DNA from: Betaproteobacteria bacterium
GTDB taxonomy: Bacteria > Pseudomonadota > Gammaproteobacteria > Burkholderiales > SG8-41
Direction of reading: 5' to 3'
Assembly (NCBI GenBank): GCA_016177355.1
Contig: JACOVL010000075.1
Span: 1-58,198 of the forward strand
DNA: 58,198 nt
A model generated the notes under the pieces. It was not told the origin of the DNA, did not search any database, and saw only the letters and a list, made by a program, of their open reading frames with translations. Positions within the stretch are counted from its first letter, which is position 1, and each line of letters starts with the position of its first letter. The position numbers and the translations under genes are program-made. Below, piece after piece: positions 51,800 to 58,198 of the stretch.

Positions 51800-52561
51800 A
51801 TGCTGACGCTCGAGGAATACGAAAAGCTCAACCCGCGCTGCGAGCTCACGCACAACGGCGTGAGCGTGGTCTATCTCACGCCGACGGCATTCACCAAGTG
51901 GCGGGCCGACTCGCTGTTCGAGAAAGAACCGGTCACGATCGAGTGGATCGCGGGCTTCCGCCCCGGGGAAGTGCTGGTGGACGTCGGCGCGAACGTCGGG
52001 ATGTACACCATCTGGGCGGCGAAAACGCGCGGGGCGCGGGTGTTCGCGTTCGAGCCCGAGGCGCAGAATTATGCGCTGCTCAACCGCAACATCGTCCTCA
52101 ACAGTCTCGGCGGGCGGGTCACGGCCTACTGCCTGGCGTTGTCCGACCAGGCGGGATACTCGGAACTACATCTTTCCGACCTGCGGGTGGGCGGCTCGTG
52201 CCATTCGCTGGGCGAGCGGGTGGATTTCAGGCATCAGCCGATGAACCCGGCATATTCCCAGGGCTGCGTCGCGGCGCGGCTGGACGACATGGTGGCCTCG
52301 GGCGCGGTGCAGCAGCCCGACCACATCAAGATAGACGTGGACGGCTTCGAGCCCAAGGTGATCGCCGGCGCACGCCGGGTGCTGTCGGAGAAGAGGCTGC
52401 GCTCGCTGCTCATCGAGACCAACCAGAACCTGTCCGACCACCTGCAGATGGTCGAGGAGCTCAAATCGCTGGGCTTCCGCTACGACCCCGCCCAGGTCGC
52501 CGCGGCGGAGCGCAAGAGCGGCGCATTCAAGGGGGTGGCGGAATATGTCTTCAGACGTTAG
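51800..52561 (+). CDS. FkbM-family SAM-dependent methyltransferase
   Basis: 253 aa with VLVDVGANVGMYT (SAM motif I) followed by VFAFEPEAQNYALLNRN and IKIDVDGFE, the Methyltransf_21/FkbM pattern. Confidence 0.85.
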   Translation: MLTLEEYEKLNPRCELTHNGVSVVYLTPTAFTKWRADSLFEKEPVTIEWIAGFRPGEVLVDVGANVGMYTIWAAKTRGARVFAFEPEAQNYALLNRNIVLNSLGGRVTAYCLALSDQAGYSELHLSDLRVGGSCHSLGERVDFRHQPMNPAYSQGCVAARLDDMVASGAVQQPDHIKIDVDGFEPKVIAGARRVLSEKRLRSLLIETNQNLSDHLQMVEELKSLGFRYDPAQVAAAERKSGAFKGVAEYVFRR

Positions 52562-53330
52562 CCTGCACGTGCTCTACAAGGTCGCGAACGCGCCGATCAA
52601 CGAGTTCCCGTTCCCGCACATCTACGTGCGGGACGTGTTCCCCCAGGACTTCTATCGGGAGCTGCGGGCGCATCTGCCGCCCCCGGAAGCGTTCAAGACC
52701 CTGCATTCGCTCGGCCGCGTCGACAGCAGCTATCCCGAAACCCGCCTGGTCCTGCCGCTGACCGGAGAGAGCGTCGGCGCCCTCGGCGAGCCGTACCGCA
52801 GCTTCTGGGACCAGCTGGCCCGCTGGATGCTTAACGCCTCTTTCGGCCCGATCGTGCTGTCGAGGTTCACGCCCTTTCTCGACCTGCGCTTCGGCGATTC
52901 GCGCGCCAGGAAATACCATGATGAGGCGCTGCTGGTTCAGGATTACACGGCCTATTCCCTGGGGCCGCATACCGATACACCCATGAAAGTGATGTCGTTT
53001 CTGTTCTACCTGCCGCCCGACGATACCCAGTCGCACCTCGGCACGTCGATCTATGTGCCCAGGGACCCCGGCTTTTTCTGCCCCGGAGGCCCCCATCACC
53101 CGTTTGACCTGTTCAACCGGATGCAGACGATGCCTTTTTTGCCCAATACGCTGTTCGCTTTCATGAAAACGCCGAATTCGTTTCATGGCGTCGAGCCCAT
53201 CGCGGAGGGAAACGCCCGCAGGGATCTCCTGCTCTACGATATCAAGGTCGAAAACCCCCCCGAGCTCGCGCAGCAGGCGCCGCCCGCGCGACAACCGGTT
53301 GCCGCGCCCAAAGTGAGTTTTTCTTTCTAG
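52545..53330 (+). CDS. Hypothetical protein, probable 2OG-Fe(II) oxygenase-like (double-stranded beta-helix) fold
   Basis: 261 aa, overlapping the methyltransferase gene by 17 nt. GPHTDTPMKVMSFLFYLP gives an H-x-D motif plus the hydrophobic strand. A distal His lies in NSFHGVEP and a basic residue in RRDLLLYD. The fold assignment was made by eye only. Confidence 0.6.
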   Translation: MSSDVSLHVLYKVANAPINEFPFPHIYVRDVFPQDFYRELRAHLPPPEAFKTLHSLGRVDSSYPETRLVLPLTGESVGALGEPYRSFWDQLARWMLNASFGPIVLSRFTPFLDLRFGDSRARKYHDEALLVQDYTAYSLGPHTDTPMKVMSFLFYLPPDDTQSHLGTSIYVPRDPGFFCPGGPHHPFDLFNRMQTMPFLPNTLFAFMKTPNSFHGVEPIAEGNARRDLLLYDIKVENPPELAQQAPPARQPVAAPKVSFSF

Positions 53331-53342
53331 CGCGAACGCGGC

Positions 53343-55088
53343 ATGACCCCGGCGCCCCCTGCCGACGCGAGAGCGCATCTCGCCGAGCTCCTCGCGCAGG
53401 CGTTGCGCGCGGTGGCGCCGGAAGGCGCCGGCATCGCCATCGTCATCGAGCGGCCCAGGCACGCCGGGCACGGCGACTATGCCTGCAATCTCGCGCTGCA
53501 ACTCGCGAAGCTCCTCCAGCGCACGCCGCGCGACATCGCGGGGAGCCTCGTCGCGGCCCTGCCCGCCTCCCCGCTGCTGGAAAAAGCCGAGATCGCCGGG
53601 GCCGGCTTTATCAACCTCTACCTGGAACGCTCCTACAAGCAGCAGGCGGTCCATCGCGCGCTGGCCGCCGGCGCCGCCTACGGCGCCTGCGCGCTCGGGC
53701 AGAAGAAGCGGGTGCAGGTCGAGTTCGTGTCGGCCAACCCCACCGGGCCGCTGCACGTGGGGCACGGGCGCGGCGCGGCGTTCGGCGCGAGCCTCGCCAA
53801 CGTGCTTGCCGCGGCCGGCTTCGACGTCAACCGCGAATATTACGTCAACGACGCCGGCCGGCAGATGGACATCCTCGCCGTGTCCACCTGGCTGCGCTAT
53901 CTCGAGCTGTGCGGCATTGCGATCGCGTTCCCGGGCAACGCCTACCAGGGGGATTACGTGCGCGACATGGCGCGCGCGCTGCACGGCGGGCACGGTGCCC
54001 GCTTCAAGCGCGATATCACCGGTGGAACCATTGCGGCGTGGCTATCGGCCGGGGACGAGGAAGCGGGGCTCGATGCGCTGATCGCCGGCGCGAAATCCGC
54101 GCTCGGTGCCGATTACGGGATCGTCCATGGATTCGCCTTGAGCGAGCAGCTCGCCGACTGCCGCGACGACCTCGCCGAATTCGGCGTCGCCTTCGACCGC
54201 TGGTTTTCCGAGCAGTCGCTGTTCGACTCCGGGCGGGTCGAGCGAGCCGTCCGGATGCTGGAGGAAAAGGGGCACCTCTACGCCGAAGGCGGCGCGCTGT
54301 GGTTCCGCTCGGAGGCATACGGAGACGAGAAAAACCGCGTGGTGCGGCGCGAGAACGGCCAGTACACCTATTTCGCCTCGGACATCGCCTACCACCTGGA
54401 CAAGTTCGAGCGCGGCTTCGACCTCGCGATCGACGTGTGGGGAGCCGACCATCACGGCTACATCGCGCGCGTCAAGGGGGCGGTCGCGGCGCTCGGCCTC
54501 GACCCGCAGCGGCTCAACGTCGCTCTGGTGCAGTTCGCGGCGCTCTACCGCAAGGGCGAGAGGGTCCCGATGTCCACCCGCGCCGGCGAGTTCGTGACGC
54601 TGCGCGAGCTGCGGCGGGAAGTCGGCAACGACGCCGCGCGCTTCTTCTACGTGCTGCGCAAGAGCGACCAGCACCTGGACTTCGACCTCGATCTCGCCGT
54701 CTCCCGCAGCAACGAGAACCCGGTCTACTACGTGCAGTACGCGCACGCGCGCGTCTGCAGCCTGCTCGAGCAGTGGGGAGGCGACGCCGCCACCCTGGAG
54801 ACGGCGGATGTCGCGCCGCTCGTCTCGGCGCAGGAGTCGCGCCTCCTCGCGCGCCTGATGGAGTACCCGGAGGCGGTGGAGAACGCGGCGCGGGACCTGG
54901 CCCCGCATACCCTCGCGTTCTACCTGAGGGAGCTCGCCGCCGACTTCCACAGCTACTACAACGCGACGCGCATCCTGGTGGAGGAAGCAGCGCTCCAGCG
55001 CGCGCGGCTGGCGCTGGCGGCGGCGGTGCGCCGGGTGCTCGCCAACGGGCTCGCGCTGCTCGGTGTTTCGGCGCCGGAAAAAATGTAA
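53343..55088 (+). CDS. argS: Arginine-tRNA ligase ArgS
   Basis: 581 aa with the class I HIGH motif (PTGPLHVGHGRG), an MSTR variant of KMSKS and a C-terminal anticodon-binding domain. Confidence 0.96.
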   Translation: MTPAPPADARAHLAELLAQALRAVAPEGAGIAIVIERPRHAGHGDYACNLALQLAKLLQRTPRDIAGSLVAALPASPLLEKAEIAGAGFINLYLERSYKQQAVHRALAAGAAYGACALGQKKRVQVEFVSANPTGPLHVGHGRGAAFGASLANVLAAAGFDVNREYYVNDAGRQMDILAVSTWLRYLELCGIAIAFPGNAYQGDYVRDMARALHGGHGARFKRDITGGTIAAWLSAGDEEAGLDALIAGAKSALGADYGIVHGFALSEQLADCRDDLAEFGVAFDRWFSEQSLFDSGRVERAVRMLEEKGHLYAEGGALWFRSEAYGDEKNRVVRRENGQYTYFASDIAYHLDKFERGFDLAIDVWGADHHGYIARVKGAVAALGLDPQRLNVALVQFAALYRKGERVPMSTRAGEFVTLRELRREVGNDAARFFYVLRKSDQHLDFDLDLAVSRSNENPVYYVQYAHARVCSLLEQWGGDAATLETADVAPLVSAQESRLLARLMEYPEAVENAARDLAPHTLAFYLRELAADFHSYYNATRILVEEAALQRARLALAAAVRRVLANGLALLGVSAPEKM

Positions 55089-55097
55089 GATAGCCGC

Positions 55098-55697
55098 GTG
55101 AGCAAAGACTACAAGCGCCCCGAGCGCGGCGCCGGCACGCGCGGCGACGGCAGTTCGCTCCTCGTCGGCATCCTGATCGGGCTCATGCTGGGCCTCGCGA
55201 TCGCGTTGGGCGTCGCGTGGTACATCAACAAGATGCCGAACCCGTTTTCGGGCCGCGCCGCGCCGCCGCCGGCCGGGGAGCCCGCCAGGGCCGGCGCCCC
55301 GGCCGCGAAGGGCGCCGACAAGGTCGCCAGGGCGCAAGAGGCCAAACCGCGCTTCGACTTCTACAAGATCCTGCCCGGCAACGAGGAGCCCGCCACCGAC
55401 CAGCAGCTGAAGGATGCGCAAAAAGCGTCAGCCGCCACCCAGAAAGAGGCGTTCTTCCTGCAGGCGGGCGCATTCCAGAGCGCGCCCGACGCCGACAACC
55501 TGAAGGCGCGGCTCGCGCTGCTCGGCATCGAGGCCGCGGTCCAGACCACCATGCTGCCCGATAAGGGCGTATGGCACCGCGTGCGCATCGGGCCCTATAC
55601 CCGCATCGAGGAACTTAACCGCACGCGTGAAACTCTGAAGCAGAACGGTGTCGACACCACGCTGATCAAAGTGCGTGACGCCACAGAAAACAAATAA
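55098..55697 (+). CDS. SPOR domain-containing protein (FtsN-like peptidoglycan-binding)
   Basis: GTG start and an N-terminal TM segment LLVGILIGLMLGLAIALGVAWYI. A Pro/Ala-rich linker precedes the C-terminal SPOR domain (FFLQAGAFQSAPDADNLKARLALLG...WHRVRIGPY). Confidence 0.85.
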   Translation: MSKDYKRPERGAGTRGDGSSLLVGILIGLMLGLAIALGVAWYINKMPNPFSGRAAPPPAGEPARAGAPAAKGADKVARAQEAKPRFDFYKILPGNEEPATDQQLKDAQKASAATQKEAFFLQAGAFQSAPDADNLKARLALLGIEAAVQTTMLPDKGVWHRVRIGPYTRIEELNRTRETLKQNGVDTTLIKVRDATENK

Positions 55698-55724
55698 CGC
55701 CACCCCATTTTCCCCGGAGGCACG

Positions 55725-56381
55725 ATGCAGGCCGCACGCCGCTTGATACCCATCGCCGCTTTTCTCGTCGCGTTCGCCACCGGCGCGCCGGCACAACCCG
55801 TGCCGGGCAAGGACTACCGGCTGATCGATCCGCCGCGGCCGACCGACAGCGGCAACAAGATCGAGGTGCTCGAGTTCTTCTGGTACGGCTGCCCGCATTG
55901 CAACGCGCTGCAGCCGCCGCTCCGTAACTGGCTCAAGAAAAAACCCGCCGACGTCGAGTTCAAGCGCGTGCCCGCCGTGTTCGCGGACTCGTGGCTGCCG
56001 CTGACGCGCGCCTATTACGCGCTCGACACGCTGGGCCTGGTGGACAAGCTCCACTACGACGTGTTCGCCGCCGTCCACGAGCAAAACGTGCGGCTCGCCG
56101 ATCCGAGAGTGCTGTTCGACTGGGTGGCGAAGCGCGGCGTGGACCCGCAGAAGTTCGCGGACGTCTACAATTCGTTCGGCGTGCAAAGCCGGGCGCGGCG
56201 CTCGATAGACCTGACCAGGCAGTACGACATCCCGGGCACGCCCGCGCTGACGGTGGACGGAAAATTCCTGGTCGCGCCGTCCATGGTCCTGAAGCCCGAC
56301 AACAGCGTGGATTACGAACGCTATTTCAAGGTGCTCGACCAGGTGATCGCGGCTGCGCGCAAGGCGCGCGCGGGGAGATAG
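55725..56381 (+). CDS. dsbA: Thiol:disulfide interchange protein DsbA (CPHC)
   Basis: Signal peptide, active site FFWYGCPHCNAL and a cis-Pro loop GTPALTVDG. GGAGG lies upstream. Confidence 0.9.
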   Translation: MQAARRLIPIAAFLVAFATGAPAQPVPGKDYRLIDPPRPTDSGNKIEVLEFFWYGCPHCNALQPPLRNWLKKKPADVEFKRVPAVFADSWLPLTRAYYALDTLGLVDKLHYDVFAAVHEQNVRLADPRVLFDWVAKRGVDPQKFADVYNSFGVQSRARRSIDLTRQYDIPGTPALTVDGKFLVAPSMVLKPDNSVDYERYFKVLDQVIAAARKARAGR

Positions 56382-56384
56382 GCC

Positions 56385-57044
56385 ATGGCCCCGCGCATGA
56401 AGGTGCACACCGCCGCGCGCCGGGCTTTCCTGCTTGCGCTCGCCGGCTTCGCCGTCGCGGCGTCGGCGCAGGACACGCCGCGCGCGCGCCAGAACCTCGA
56501 GTACCGCCTGATCGAAAAGCAACCGGTGGAAACCGGCGACAAGATCGAGGTCATCGATTTCTTCTGGTACGGCTGCCCGTTCTGCAACGCGCTGCAGCCG
56601 GCGCTGGAGGCCTGGATCAAGCGCAAGCCCGACGACGTGGCGCTGCGCCGCGTGCCGGTCCTGCTGCGCGACAGCTGGGCGCCGCACGCGCGCATCTACT
56701 ACACGCTGGAGCTCCTGAACGAAGTCGAGCGGCTGCACCTGAAGGTCTATCACAGCTATCACGTCGAGGAGCTGCACATGAGCAAGCCCGACGTGATGGA
56801 GCAGTGGGCGGCCAGGAACGGCATCGAGCGCAGAAAATGGCTGGACGCCTATTACTCGCCGGAAGTGGACACCAAGATCGCGCGCGCGAAGCGCATGACC
56901 GAGATCTACATCATCAAGGGCACGCCGTCGCTGGTGGTGGACGGGCGTTACCTCACCTCGGGCGACATGCCGCCGACGCTCCGCGGCATGATCCCGGTGC
57001 TCGACGATCTCATCCGCCTCGCGCGCCGCGACCGCGGCAAGTAA
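56385..57044 (+). CDS. Second DsbA-family thiol:disulfide oxidoreductase (CPFC), tandem paralogue
   Basis: Signal peptide, active site FFWYGCPFCNAL and GTPSLVVDG. It starts 3 nt after the stop of the first dsbA. ATG 56397 is an alternative start. Confidence 0.88.
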   Translation: MAPRMKVHTAARRAFLLALAGFAVAASAQDTPRARQNLEYRLIEKQPVETGDKIEVIDFFWYGCPFCNALQPALEAWIKRKPDDVALRRVPVLLRDSWAPHARIYYTLELLNEVERLHLKVYHSYHVEELHMSKPDVMEQWAARNGIERRKWLDAYYSPEVDTKIARAKRMTEIYIIKGTPSLVVDGRYLTSGDMPPTLRGMIPVLDDLIRLARRDRGK

Positions 57045-57063
57045 CGGCGCCGCCCGGCTCCCT

Positions 57064-57837
57064 GTGGCGGGCCCGCAGCGCGTCATCATCACCGGCGCAT
57101 CGAGCGGCATCGGGGCGTCGCTGGCGCGGCACTACGCCGCTTCCGGCGCGACGCTGGGCCTGATTGCCCGGCGCAAACCCGAGCTTGAACGCCTCGCCGC
57201 GGGGTTTCCCACGCCGTGCGAGGTCTATGCCCTCGACGTGCGCGACGCAACTGCCATCGCCGCCGCGGCACGGCATTTCATCGCCAGGCACGGCTGCCCG
57301 GACATCGTCATCGCCAACGCCGGCGTCAGCCTCGGCACGCTCACCGAGCACGCCGAGGATATCCCGGCGTTCCAGGAGGTCTTCGACATCAACGTGATGG
57401 GGATGGTGAAGGCGTTCCAGCCCTTCGTCGCGTGCATGCGCGAGCGGGGCGGCGGCGCGCTCGCCGGCATCGCGAGCATCGCCGGCTACCGCGGGCTGCC
57501 GGGCGCGGCGGCCTACTCGGCCTCCAAGGCGGCGGTCATTTCCTGTCTCGAAAGCCTGCGCGTGGAGTTGCGTGCAAGCGGCGTCAAGGTCACCGCCATC
57601 TGCCCCGGCTACATCGCGACGCCGATGACGGAGAAGAACCCCTATCCGATGCCGTTCCTGATGAGCGCGGATGAAGCGGCCGTGAAGATCGCCGCGCTGA
57701 TCGAGCACGGCAGGACGTTCGCGGTGATCCCTTGGCAGATGGCGCTCGCCGCGCGCGTCATGCGCGTGCTGCCGAACTGGCTCTACGACCGGCTCGCCGC
57801 CGACGCGCCGCGCAAGCCGCGGCGTGCGGCCGAATAG
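57064..57837 (+). CDS. Short-chain dehydrogenase/reductase (SDR) family oxidoreductase
   Basis: GTG start, cofactor motif ITGASSGIGASLA and catalytic YSASKAA. The substrate is unknown. Confidence 0.88.
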   Translation: MAGPQRVIITGASSGIGASLARHYAASGATLGLIARRKPELERLAAGFPTPCEVYALDVRDATAIAAAARHFIARHGCPDIVIANAGVSLGTLTEHAEDIPAFQEVFDINVMGMVKAFQPFVACMRERGGGALAGIASIAGYRGLPGAAAYSASKAAVISCLESLRVELRASGVKVTAICPGYIATPMTEKNPYPMPFLMSADEAAVKIAALIEHGRTFAVIPWQMALAARVMRVLPNWLYDRLAADAPRKPRRAAE

Positions 57838-57871
57838 CGCCTGGAGCGGTGCTTGAATAATGTCTATTAAA

Positions 57872-57894
57872 GGACTATATTGCATATATAGTCC
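57872..57894. promoter_or_regulatory. Perfect 9-bp inverted repeat in an AT-rich spacer upstream of the antitoxin-like gene (candidate autoregulatory operator)
   Basis: GGACTATAT-TGCAT-ATATAGTCC, located 22 nt upstream of ATG 57916. Confidence 0.4.
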
Positions 57895-57915
57895 ATTATT
57901 AGATAGACGTTCCCT

Positions 57916-58198
57916 ATGAAATTTACCCCCGCAGAACACAGGCAACCTGTTGATCCAGCTAAAGTATCCGCTCCTGCACTGCGCACTTTCTTTCGCGTCG
58001 TTGATACCTGGAAACTCAACAACAAGGAGCAGATGACGCTGCTCGGCCGTCCGCCGCGATCGACGTTTTATCGCTGGAAGCAGGGCGAGAACGTCGTGCT
58101 GCCCCAGGATGCGCTGGAGAGAATCTCCTACATCTTCGGAATTTTTTCGGCACTGCAAGTACTGCTGCCACAGCCGGAAGCGGCGGACGCCTGGATCA
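57916..58198 (+). CDS. Xre-like HTH / DUF2384 (MbcA/ParS-type) antitoxin, 3' end outside the window
   Basis: My own translation from ATG 57916 is MKFTPAEHRQPVDPAKVSAPALRTFFRVVDTWKLNNKEQMTLLGRPPRSTFYRWKQGENVVLPQDALERISYIFGIFSALQVLLPQPEAADAWI. It is open to the window edge and is not in the ORF track because it has no stop. The pattern resembles antitoxins that partner RES-domain toxins. Confidence 0.65.
   Translation, partial: MKFTPAEHRQPVDPAKVSAPALRTFFRVVDTWKLNNKEQMTLLGRPPRSTFYRWKQGENVVLPQDALERISYIFGIFSALQVLLPQPEAADAWI

Overview
Visibly GC-rich chromosomal core region (third codon positions are mostly G/C). Gene order resembles beta/gamma-proteobacteria. About 50 tightly packed genes fill almost the whole window, and many overlap by ATGA/GTGA-type start-stop junctions. 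Recognisable blocks are: a LIV-type ABC amino-acid importer; purH-purD; dusB-fis; pepP-ubiH; amgK-murU next to lptD-surA-pdxA-rsmA; gloA-rubredoxin; thiD-thiE-hemL; cytochrome c4/engB; hemB; mrcA divergent from pilMNOPQ-aroK-aroB; a dGTPase-like gene; gltBD; hemE; priA; argS with a SPOR protein; and two tandem dsbA genes. Four heme genes (hemF, hemL, hemB, hemE) are scattered rather than clustered. I saw no rRNA, tRNA, CRISPR array, transposase or integrase. The regions that look least ordinary are listed here. (1) A sensor histidine kinase and a Hanks Ser/Thr kinase fused to two receiver domains, joined directly to the 3' end of the liv operon. (2) An overlapping FkbM-methyltransferase / 2OG-oxygenase-like pair between priA and argS. 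(3) The largest non-coding gap (hemE-priA), which has three DnaA-box matches and an ~86% AT block. (4) A multi-hairpin engB-hemB spacer whose terminator points the wrong way for both flanking genes. (5) A small cytoplasmic protein of unknown function coupled to mrcA. (6) An AT-rich boundary at the right edge, followed by a partial Xre/DUF2384-type antitoxin gene. All functional calls rest on motif and homology recognition by eye, and start codons are often uncertain. The many long antisense or alternative-frame ORFs in the track are treated as GC-driven artefacts.
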